NCBI RefSeq assembly: GCF_006345805.1
Contig: NC_043000.1
Span: 73,904,001-73,968,000 of the forward strand
Reading direction: 5' to 3'
From: Octopus sinensis
Taxonomy: Eukaryota
DNA: 64,000 nucleotides
Positions 1 through 11,024 of the stretch are shown one piece after another. The position numbers and the translations under genes are program-made. The notes beneath the pieces were generated by a model. That model was not told the DNA's origin and made no database searches. It saw only the letters and a program-made list of their open reading frames with translations. The stretch's first letter is position 1, and each line of letters starts with the position of its first letter.

Positions 1-744
1 GTAGCAATTCCAACCTGGCGATTGTAAGTCAGTCCTGCCTTTTCGAGTGCAATATCGATTTCTTTGAAAACAGCAGCATCTGTGCAATTTTCTTTCAGGG
101 GAGCATAGAGCAAGTAATTCTTCAGTGATATTAAAACTTGAATCAACACCTCTCACGAAAATCGCCAGTTGTAGTGTATCAGTCATGTCAGTAGATTCGT
201 TGATGGCAATGCTGTAAGTTTCGAAGTTTTTACAAAGTTCATTCAACTGCATTTTTGTATTTTCGGCCAGTTCTTCAATCCTTCGGGTTATTGTATTACG
301 CAACAAGCTAACACATTTTATAGCTTTCTCTTTCTCTGGGCACAGAATTTCAATCGCTGAGGTGATACATTCTTTGATAAAGTCTCCTTCCGAAAAAGGT
401 TTCATGTTATGTGCAATCTTTTCAGCAATGACGAAACTTACTTTGGCATATTTTTTCAATCCATCATCTATTTTCCGAAAAATATTCTGTTGCGAGACTA
501 AATTCCTTTGAAGTAAAAGTACTTTCTCCTTGCGTTGATCTCCTTCATAACGATTATGTTTCAAAGTGTGCTTTAATGTGTAATGCCGTTTTACATTTTC
601 AACTTTTGGAACTGCGACTGTTTCACCACAGATCAGACAGAGACATTTTGCATTTGATTCCACGAAGAAATATAAATTTGTCCATGCCTCATTAAACCTG
701 TGATTCTCCTTGTCTACTTTTCTAATTTTTCTAGCCGACGCCAT
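1..744 (-). pseudogene. hAT (SPIN/GTF2IRD2-like) transposase, N-terminal part, inactivated; runs off the window edge
   Basis: Manual translation from ATG at 744: MASARKIRKVDKENHRFNEAWTNLYFF...CLICGE...KRHYTLKH (BED-like Zn finger)...YSIAINESTDMTDTLQLAIFVRGV. The catalytic LDESTD motif reads INESTD. A frameshift near 100 leads into PLKENCTDAAVFKEID...VGIAT. Confidence 0.85.
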
Positions 745-1584
745 GGATGAACAAAATTTGAAATTTATTGTGAAAAAGAAACTACTGTAATTTGCTCATT
801 GGTATAAGAAGACCTCCGTATCAAAAGTTGTACCTGAGTAAATTTGAAATTAAATCACCTCAAATGCCAGTTTTATAGAATTATTCATTCATCCACTGAG
901 AATCAGTCTTCAAGCACAAAATCTAATGAAATTCTTAGGCGGTGATTTTCCCCATTGATTGAGCAATGTTGTGATTGGCTGCTGGCTTGAGTCGGCTTGA
1001 CTTTACAGTTTTCAGCTACCAAAAATCGGTATTCATCTACAACAATGGCAGCAGCTGACTCAGCATGCTTAAAACTATCTCTGTCGCAGATAAATCACAT
1101 TTCATAATGACATATGGAGAAGATCTGCGTGTAGCACACTTCCTTGACATAAAGAGGATACTTTAATGTGATTTTTTGTGATCTACGAATACATTTTTTG
1201 TAATTAGTTTTGCAGATACCCATAAATTGAAGACCAACTAGTGGGCTGGATTCTAAGGCTTTGTGGTTAGGACGGTGGGCAGCACTGATCTATAGTCATG
1301 ACTAGTCTTTCGATAGCTCAGTATAATCATCTATTGATGATCACAGTATTACTTTGACAGAACTGGTTGACCCAGCTCATTGATGTGTTTTGGATTTCGG
1401 TGTCCAGCATCTTGTGAACCTTACCATTGACTAGGTTGACAGTTCTTCCACCAAGGCTTCACACCTGTTATGCTGCTCTCCATACAGGTAACCAGAGCCC
1501 TGTTTGCCAAAGTCTCTTTCATCAGACAGTATAGCTTAATGAGGCAATCCCAGACTGTTGCAACTACCACACGAACTATGACAT

Positions 1585-1625
1585 ATGTGTGTGTGTGTGT
1601 GTGCACACATGTGCGCACACACACG

Positions 1626-1667
<42 letters not shown>

Positions 1668-1692
1668 GTGTGTGTGTGTGTGTATATATATG

Positions 1693-1739
<47 letters not shown>

Positions 1740-2015
1740 GTGTGTATATATATGTGGGTATGTATATATATATAATTGGAATTTACAAAAAAATAAACAA
1801 AACAAAAGATGAAGACGGGTGTGTAAACAACAAACAGATGTATTAGTTTAATGCTCAGGAAGTGAGAAAGTCTTTTACATTTCAAGCCTACACTCTTCAA
1901 CAGAAAGGAACACAGAAATAAACAGAGAGAGAAAATGTAAAAAAAGGTTTAGTGGCTAGCAATGTATATACATATGTATATATATATATATGTGTGTGTA
2001 TGTATATATATATGG
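1585..2015. repeat. (TG)n/(TA)n microsatellites flanking a copy of the ~200-bp HHR-like repeat
   Basis: Direct inspection; the ORFs here are YIYI/VCVC low-complexity artefacts. Confidence 0.9.
1869..1908 (-). ncRNA. Degenerate hammerhead-like motif (U6 variant family)
   Basis: Reverse complement reads CCTTT CTGTTGA A GAGT GTAG GCTT GAAAT GTA AAAGAC; a CpG-decayed homologue of 3337-3374. Confidence 0.5.
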
Positions 2016-2267
2016 GCTGGCCAGATTGGAGCAATCTCAAGTATAATCAGCCAAAATTGCTAAGATAATCTGGTACTTGACTGAGGAAAGAAAACTTCGA
2101 ATGACCCGTCCTTGTTTTCTTTGTATCGTCTATCTGGATGTTTTGTTGTCCCATTTTTGTATCACCTAACTGTCCGGATGTTTTGCGTTCTTGTCCCATT
2201 TTGTATTTTATGTATATGAGTGTGTGTGTGTGTGTGTGTATTTATATATATATATGTATATACATAC

Positions 2268-2302
<35 letters not shown>

Positions 2303-2399
2303 TATGTATATACAAAAATTCTATAATTATAAACATAATTATAATTAGGCTTCAGCAAAAATTGTTTCACCACATACCAAAATTTAGAAATAGCAGTTA

Positions 2400-3097
2400 A
2401 ATGCTATTCCACTACCATAAGATATCTCCCAGACAATAATACTCTCAACTCACGCAGGTAAAGAGAAAAATATGGGACTGGCTTTTGGTGAAGGAGTGAG
2501 TTCAACACTACTGATCTCTTTTGAGTTTCTTGCCTTGATATTGATTCATCTGAGATCTTGGATAGCAAGAGGTCAAATTGTTTCTTGAAAACATCTACCC
2601 CCACACCATGGAAATCCATGAGCTACTGGGAGAGACTGAAAGAGCTGCGACTTTACTCCCTGCAGTGAAGACAGCAGAGGTATGCAATGATATATGTGTG
2701 AAAGATACTGGAGGGGATGGCACCAAACTTTGGAACTGAGAATTATACCAGACCTTGAATTGGACATTACTGCAGTGTTCTAAAGCTCCCAGTTATCCCA
2801 CCTAAGGTGAGGACCATGTACTGCAACAGCTTGGGATTCAAGGACCCACAGCTACTTAGCACCTTGCCAAAACATCTGAGGGATCTCCATGGAGTGGGGG
2901 CAGATGTTTTCAAGAAACAACTTGACCTCTTGCTATCCAAGATTTCAGATGAACCAATATCAAGGCAGGAAACTCAAAAGAGAGTAATAGTGTTGAACTC
3001 ATTCCTTCACCAAAAGCCAATCACATAGAGTTGGCCAATTAAAAGGTGACAACACTGGCGATACTCCAGCATGGCCACAGCCTTAGGGCTGAAACAT
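2400..3097. mobile_element. Two CR1-like LINE 3' fragments, head to head (about 2400-2617 minus; 2618-3097 plus)
   Basis: MSYWERLKELRLYSL...LRDLHGVGADVFKKQLDLLLSKISDEP resembles the C-terminus of the LINE at 36280-36765. The plus copy ends in the 3' tail CCAGCATGGCCACAG..CTGAAAC. Confidence 0.8.
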
Positions 3098-3336
3098 ATA
3101 TATATTAAGATAGTGGAATATTAGTACGGATTTTGTCACATGGGCTATTCCCTCTACAAAATGGTGATGAATAAGCATGAATAATGAGTAACAGTATATA
3201 AGAGTAAAAATACATAATGAATAAAATAAAATAAAAGTGAAATAAAATTTATGGTCATAAAAGTGAAAAAAAAATTATGCTCATGTTAGTATATGTATGT
3301 ATGTGTATGTTTCTCTCCTTGTTTCTTTTCTGTGTA

Positions 3337-3374
3337 TCTTTCTGTCGAAGAGCGTAAGCTCGAAACGTAAAAGA
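3337..3374 (+). ncRNA. Type I hammerhead-like motif with atypical core CUGUCGA
   Basis: Stem I TCTTT/AAAGA; core CTGTCGA plus A; stem II GAGC-GTAA-GCTC; GAAA; palindromic stem III ACGT; predicted cleavage triplet GUA. Confidence 0.6.
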
Positions 3375-3914
3375 CTTGTTTTATTTCTATTCCTGAGCGC
3401 CATACTAATACATTGTTTGTTTGCACTCCACCTGCCTTTGTCTTTTGTTTATTTTCGTAAACCTTCCTGTTATATATATATATATATGCGCAACAAGAAT
3501 GGATGTCAATATGTGTGTGTTATGCGTATATGTTTCCTTCCTAAGTTACTTATTAGAGTATATAAATTAAAGTATATAGGAATAAAAATAAATAATAAAT
3601 AATAAAAAGGAAATAAAAAAATAAAATAGATTAAATAAAAGTTAAATAAATTCATGTTCATGTGTGCATACGTATATATAAACAAGTATGGATGCCTTTG
3701 TTTATGTGTTACCACGTTGGTGTATGCGCATATATGTTTAATTCCTAAGTGACTATATTAGTTCGTAAGTACTTATGCATATTAGTAAGAGGTTATTAAA
3801 GTAATCATATTATTATTTAGATTTAGATATAAAAGCATGGTTATTATTTGTGTGAGCATTTGTGTTCATTTGCGCATTCATTGATATTTATATTCAAATT
3901 CAATAATAATGATA

Positions 3915-5196
3915 CGAGGGGCGTTCAATAAGTAATGCCCCTGACCCACTTCCCATAGCAGTAGAGCAACGAAACTTGGCACAGTTATTAGTCTTTTTCT
4001 ACATAGGAACCACCCAGAGTTACGCATTTCTCCCATTGTTTGATGCAGCTCTGAAGACCGTTTTTATAGAAGACCCCAGCTTGGTCCTCCAACCACAACG
4101 TGACTTCAGAAATCAAGGCTGCATCATCTGGGAAACGCTTTCCTTTCAAAAACAACTTCATGGCTGGGAAGAGGTGAAAATCAGAGGGTGCAGGTCAGGA
4201 GATGGGGGATGAGTTCATAGCCGCATGCCTGTGCTTCTGATCTGGCGACACGCGAGTTGTGGATCGGAGTGTTGTCCTGCAGGAGGAGGATGCCTTTGCT
4301 GATCTTGCCCCGCCTCTTGATTTTGATAGCTTCTCTTAATTTCCTCAAAAGTGAAGCATAATAGACTCCTGTAATTGTGGCACCCTTTGCCAAGAAATCT
4401 GTCATCACTACTCCGTCCTGGTCCCAGAAGACTGTGAGCATGACCTTGCCAGCAGAGGGCTGCACCCTTGCCTTCTTTGGAGGAGGTGAGTCACGGTGCT
4501 TCTACTGTATTGACTGGGCTTTGGTCTCTGGATCATAGTGATGGACCCAGGTTTCATCCTGTGTAATCAGTCTTTTGAAAAATTTTGACTCATCTTCTTG
4601 GCACATCTTCAAATTCATCCTTGCGCTATCGACGCATTCTTGCTTCTGGAAAGGTGTGAGCAGCCTGCGAATCAATCTGGCAGACACGTTTTGCATATGC
4701 AAATGGTCATGAATGATAGTTTCCACAGACCCGGTACTAATCCTTGACCTCATGGGCTATTTGGCGAATAGTTATGCGTCGATCTTCCAAAATGGCAGCC
4801 TCAACTTGACGGACAGATGCCTCATCAATGGCAGAAGGGGTCGACCAGATCTGGGAGCTGTTTCCACAAAGTTCCGACCATGTTTGAATTCACGATGCCA
4901 GCGTTTTACAAGGTCATATGATGGGGCATCATCAACATAGGTTACTTTTATTTCATCAAAAGTCTCTCGTGGTGTGCGTCCTTTCAAATACAAAAACCGC
5001 ATCACTGCTCGACACTCAACAGGCTCCGTTTCACACTTGACTCAGTTCAAACACCTGTAAATCAGAAACCACAATTAGTTCATAGCTGTAATTTGCCACT
5101 TAATCTATAGAGATATAGGTAATTGCACATGCAAAATTTCAGCTAGATCAAACAACTGCAAGTGGGTCAGAGGCATTACTTATTGAACGCCCCTCA
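3915..5196 (-). mobile_element. mariner (DD34D-type) transposon, full length, transposase frameshifted
   Basis: TIRs CGAGGGGCGTTCAATAAGTAATGCC at both ends with flanking TA; motifs TQDETWVHHY, GKVMLTVFWD, LLQDNTPIH. Confidence 0.95.
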
Positions 5197-5659
5197 TAAT
5201 AATCAATTTAGGTTTATAAGAGTAAAAATAAATGGCAGTGAAATAAAATTTATGTTTATGTGTGTATGCACATGCATGTATGTGTATATGTATATATGGA
5301 TGTCATTATTTATGTATTAGTTAGTATGTGTATGTGTATATAGATGTTTCCTTCTAAAGTTACTTCATTAGTTTGTAAGTGTCTATGTATATTACTGAAA
5401 GGTTATTAAAGCAGTTATATTATTGTTTATATTTAGTTATTGATTTCTAGTTATTATATAGAATAGTATTATATATTTATATCAGAGTGACCTTCTCCTC
5501 GAGACATGCTTTAACAAAAGCTGAGGGGGCGCCTCACTCTCAGTGGTCTTTCAGCACGCCAGACACCACCCCGGAATTTCTGCGTATCTGTGCTATGCTG
5601 CTTTTACTCATGCTTTTGCTAAGGTTAGCTCTCTGGGAATATATGTCAGATATTGATCT

Positions 5660-6745
5660 TCTGGCCACCTCTTTAATCTTCGCTGATTTTGCTGCCAATT
5701 CAAAGGTTTCCCAGTCTATTATTCGTGACCTCCTTTATGCAGATAACTGTGACTTAGTCACTCATACAGTGGATGACATGCAAATACTCATGAATTGCAT
5801 TTCTGCTTCTTGCATGGCATTTGGACTCAGCATTAGCCTGGACAAGACTGTTGTAATGTTCCAGCCTGCACCAGGAAATCCATATATAGAACCAGCTATC
5901 TTGGTTGAAGGAACAATTCTGAAGGTAGTAGACAAGTTTGTCAACCTGGCCAGCACATTCAGCCGTTCTTGCTCCCTGGATGAGGAAATATCTTTCAGGT
6001 TGCAGAGAGCAACTAATTCCTTCCGGTCTCTTCAGTCTCGTGTCTGGTCCCAACATGGCATCGCAAGGAGAACAAAAGTTGCTGTGTACCGTGCTTGTGT
6101 ACTGACGTCGCTTCTCTACTCATGTGAGAAATGGACTCTGTACAAACGTCAGGTAAGGGTCCTTGAACGTTTTCATCAGAGATGTCTCCGACACATTCTC
6201 AAAGTTGGCTGGACCTCAAAAGTTCCAGATACACAAATCCTGAGGATATCTTGAGTATTGAGGCGATGGTGCACAAGCACTGGTTGCATTGGACTGGACA
6301 CCTTATTAGAATGAAGGATAGAAGGATTCCTAAGCAGATGCTCTATGGAGAACTTGTGAATGGAAGGAGACTCCGACAGAAACCAAGGCTGCGATTTAAG
6401 GACTGTGTCAAGTCCTCATTAAAGGCCTGTGATATGCAGGACACTGACTGGGAGAACAATGGCTGTCATTGCCACAGATGGAGGAAGCAGGTTAAGGAAG
6501 GGATTGACACTTTTGAGAGAGCACGTATCCAGCATGAAGAACTTAAGCGAGCTGCGCGAAAGCGCATGGCTCGTATAGTGAATGGGGAAAGCTTGGTCTG
6601 CAATGTTTGCAGTCGTGTATGCTTGTCAACAGCAGGGCTCATTAGCCACCAACGGAGCCGCAAATGCAAAATATAAATTAGTCCTAGAGCGCACAATGTT
6701 CCTGAAGGTCAGCAATGGTCTTCCTCGGTCACGAGTGGACAGCCA
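5660..6745 (+). mobile_element. RTE-clade LINE, 5'-truncated (RT C-terminal part and terminal Cys/His motif)
   Basis: [61 protein letters not shown]. Confidence 0.9.
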
Positions 6746-9078
6746 TCATTATATATTTATATGTATATTGGGATGGGACATCTGATATTCATATGTAGGC
6801 CTAGGTTTTATATATATATATATGATAAGTACATGGATTTATTTGGTGTATTACATACAAAATTGGTGTTACTGATTATTTATAGTATTTATATCTAAAT
6901 TGAAATACATTACATTATGTGATTAATTAATAGAGATCAATACTCAATATTATTATTAAACTGATATTAAAGTATTATATAATATAATATAGTATATGTT
7001 ATCTACATTTATAATATATTTAACCTGTTAGGTTTATAAATTCAGTTATATTAATTTTGCTTAAATTTTTAATTTATATATCCATAATATCTGTATCAAA
7101 ATTAAAATGTATTATATTATTTGGTTAATTAGTAAAGGTCAATAATCAATATTCTAGTATTATATAATATAATATAGTATATGTCATTTATATTCATGTT
7201 GTTTTAACCTATGTATGTTTAATATTTTTATCTAAATTAAAAAGTATTGTATTATCTGAAAGATAGTAAAGGTTAATATTTGATATTATTATTAAAATGA
7301 AATTTAAGCATCATATAATATAATATAGTATATGTTATTTATATCATTTTAAATTATTTTAATCAGTTTGGTTTTTAAATTAAACTAAAGTTATAATATG
7401 TTTGTATTTTTAATGTTTGGTTTTATTTATTTATTTATTAGATTTATTTAATTTTCTGAAGTATATTTAGGTTAATCACAATAAATTACAACATTTACTT
7501 TCTCCAAGTTAATTAATTTGTGTTCAGATGTTACATACTTTATTTTATGCTTATTTTATATAATGCCTATATTTATAATTTTCAGTTTAATTATATATTA
7601 TTAATTTACTAATTAAATCTTATAAAAATATATTTTGAGTAGTGGCAACAAGCTACAATATTCTCTTTCCTAGAATTAATCAATTTATGCTTAGATTTTA
7701 TTTGAAAAATCTCTTCAGTACATAATTAACATTTCTTATTTGAAATTTGATAAGCTCTGGCATGGCTTACAACCTCCCATTTAATCATATAATCATTCCA
7801 ATTGTCCTTTAACATCCATATAAATTTGCTGAAACTAGTTTTATCAATTTTATGCCTGTTTCTAAAACAACTTTCATGGTTCACAATTATTCATTTAAAT
7901 CTTGTTTCAGTTGAACCTATGTAATGCTATTCTTTTCCTTCAGATTCAACTATACACCTATATACTAGGTTATCTTGTTTACCATTATTATTAAGTTTAC
8001 AATTTTCTTTAATCCTACAATCATAATTTATAATAACATCATTAGTTTCATTTTTATTATTCCTATTATTTGGGTTAAGAAGGGAGTTAATATGGGTTAT
8101 ATGCCTTCCATTCTTTTAATTTACTCTAATGTCATTTCTATTTAAATTGCAATTGTTATGAAAAGTATCTAATTTTCTATTATTAATTGAGGATATAATT
8201 GCAAAAATATTCTTTGATAGGGAATGACCAACTTTTATAGATTTATTGAAATGCTTCTGGATTGATCGATAAATAGATTTGACTATCTATAATACATTAA
8301 AAGTCAGTTTTAATCTTGCTTGTTTGCAATGTTAGTGAAACTGGAGCTTAATGGGAAAATACCATGAATTAATTTTGTTGTGTCTGAGGAGAATCATTCT
8401 CTTTTAGTGCCTTATTATTTAACACAATCACCAGTCATTTACTTATCCACTCATTTACTTAATCCAAAATTAAACCATGAATTAAGTTTACCTTGAAATG
8501 TTAATATGAAACAAGTTTCGCATAAATTGGTAAAGTAGTTTTCTAGATACTAGAGATTTTCCGAGTATAAACTACCCAAATGGTGCATAATGGGAAAATG
8601 TTCCGAAAATAATTTTCATCCTGAAAGGGAAGAAACTCTTATCTTTCTATTAGACTGTGATTTTTTTTTCAAGTGCATTCATGTAATAAACACGCTTACA
8701 CATTCTTAGTCTACTGGAGTGTTTCAACTGATCAAAATGTAGTATCTGTATTGTCCTTTTTCATGCCCTGAAGATTTTTTCACCCAAGTATTTTGAAATG
8801 CAAACTTATATAATTATATATGTTTTGTAATTTAAACTGGATTTGAAATGAAACAATTGTAGGTGACAATGATAGTTAATTAATAATTAGTGATGATATC
8901 CACTGAATCTCTCTATTTTCAAGATTAATAATATTTGTTATTTTATGATATTTTTTAATATATTCATTTTATGATATTTTATATCTTCATTGAAGAAATA
9001 TCTCTTCAAAATATAATATATTAAACCAGGGTATCCTTCATAAAAAATATTCCTATAAGAGGTCTAAATATCCTCAGT

Positions 9079-9117
<39 letters not shown>

Positions 9118-9193
9118 CATCATCATTGTCGTTTAACACTTGCCATCCTTGCTAGCATATATATGTGTGTGTATGTGTGTCTGTGTGTGTATA

Positions 9194-10415
9194 CAGGGGT
9201 TGGACAAAATAATGGAAACACCTAGCATCATAATTTTGAATTAGCTACAAAACCGTCAAAAACTTGTTTATTTTTATGTTTTTTTATTTATTATTAGTGT
9301 TACTTAATATGTTTTGCTAAAATTGCTGTTTCTTTTCAGATACCATCAAAAAAAGGTAATTAAAATGAATTAAAATGACAGATCTATTGGACTTTCAAAG
9401 AGGTCAAATTGTTGGTGCTCGTATGGTTGGAACTAGTTTAATGAAAATAGCTGAAATGTTTGGTGTATCAAGAAGTACTGTCTCAAAAGTAATGACAGCT
9501 TTTGAAAAAGAAGGAAAAACCTCCTTGTCGAAACAAAACTCCAGAAGAAAACCAAAACTTTCAAATAGGGACCGTTGGACTCCTATGCGAATTGTTAGAA
9601 AGGATCACAAAAATAAAGTTCCCAAAATTAATGACCACCTCGAGAGAACTCAGTTTCCACAAAAACTGTTCGCAAGGAGCTGCACAAAGCTGGATTTCAT
9701 GGGAGGGCTGCAATCAGAAAACCCCCACTTTCAAAAACAAATGTTGCAAAGTGATTAGAGTGGAGTAAAAACCTACAGAATTGGTCCCTAGAGCAGTAGA
9801 AGAATCTTATTTTCTTGGACAAGTCATCCTTTACTATATTTCCAACCTCCAGCCACTTATACGTGAGGAGATAGCCAAAAGAAGCAATTGACCCAGACTG
9901 CCTTCTTCCAACTGTTAAACATGGAGGAGGATCTGTGATGATCTGGGGAGCTATATCTTGCACATCCACCAGCCCAATGGTTTCCCTTCATAGCAGAATT
10001 AATAGTCAAGACTATTTAAGCATTTTATCTGATCAAATTCATCCTATGGTTGTGAAACACAATCTTTCAGGATGATAATACACCAATTGACACAGCTAAA
10101 GTTGTTACTGAATGACACAAGGAACATTCTAGTGAAGATGAACATGTTATCTGGCCACCACAGTCTCCAGATCTCAATATTATGGAACATTTATGATGCA
10201 TTTTAGAAAAACAAGTGAGGGTGTCAATATCCTCCACCATCATCACTACAAGACCTGAAGAATGGACAAAAATTCCTTTGGAAATAATTCAAACTTTGTA
10301 CGAGTCCATACCTCATAGAATTCAAGGTGTAATTACTGCCAAAGGCGGTCATACCCCATATTAAAATAAATTTGTTTGAAATTTTAAGTGTTTCCATTAT
10401 TTTGTCAAACCCGTG
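9194..10415 (+). mobile_element. Tc1-like (DD34E) transposon, degenerate
   Basis: TIR CAGGGGTTGGACAAAATAATGGAAACAC and its reverse complement, TA flanks; N-terminal HTH MTDLLDFQRGQIVGAR; FQDDN and WPPQSPDLNIME motifs in the DNA. Confidence 0.92.
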
Positions 10416-10496
10416 TATATGTATATATATATATGTATGTATATGTAAGTATGTATGTATGTATGTATGTATGTATTTATGTATGTATGTATGTAT

Positions 10497-10745
10497 AGGT
10501 TAAGGAGGGGATCGACACTTTTGAGAGAGCACGTATCCAGCATGAAGAACTTAAGCGAGCTGCGCATGGCTCGTATAGTGAATGGGGAAAGCTTGGTCTG
10601 CAATGTTTGCAGTCGTGTATGCTTGTCAAGAGCAGGGCTCCTTAGCCACCAACGGAGCCGCAAATGCAAAATATAAGTTAGTACTAGAGCGCACAATGTT
10701 CCTGAAGGTTGGCAATGGTCTTCTTCGGTCACGAGCGGACGGCCA
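10497..10745 (+). mobile_element. Short 3' fragment of the same RTE family as 5660-6745
   Basis: Near-identical to about 6490-6745 ([20 protein letters not shown]). Confidence 0.88.
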
Positions 10746-10762
10746 TATATGTATGCATATAT

Positions 10763-10839
<77 letters not shown>

Positions 10840-10840
10840 T

Positions 10841-10918
<78 letters not shown>

Positions 10919-10948
10919 ATATAGCTATATATATATATATATATATAG

Positions 10949-10982
<34 letters not shown>

Positions 10983-10990
10983 CTATCTCT
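10745..10990. repeat. (TA)n microsatellite
   Basis: Direct inspection. Confidence 0.95.
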
Positions 10991-11024
10991 ATATATGTGT
11001 GTGTATCTATACATAGGTGTATAT

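Noticed and set aside
2030-2112. Possible type III hammerhead (TCAAGTA/TACTTGA stem followed by CTGAGGA)
   Set aside because: GAAA is reduced to GAAT and stem III does not pair convincingly.
1421-2400. Many 60-160 aa ORFs rich in YI/VC/HT (also near 10.7, 25.5-26.6, 35.8, 42.3-43.1 kb)
   Set aside because: These are translations of (TA)n/(TG)n microsatellites, not genes.
7700-9060. Very old LINE RT remnant (also 15460-16560)
   Set aside because: Only isolated motif-like words (for example PVSLT); no continuous frame to support a call.
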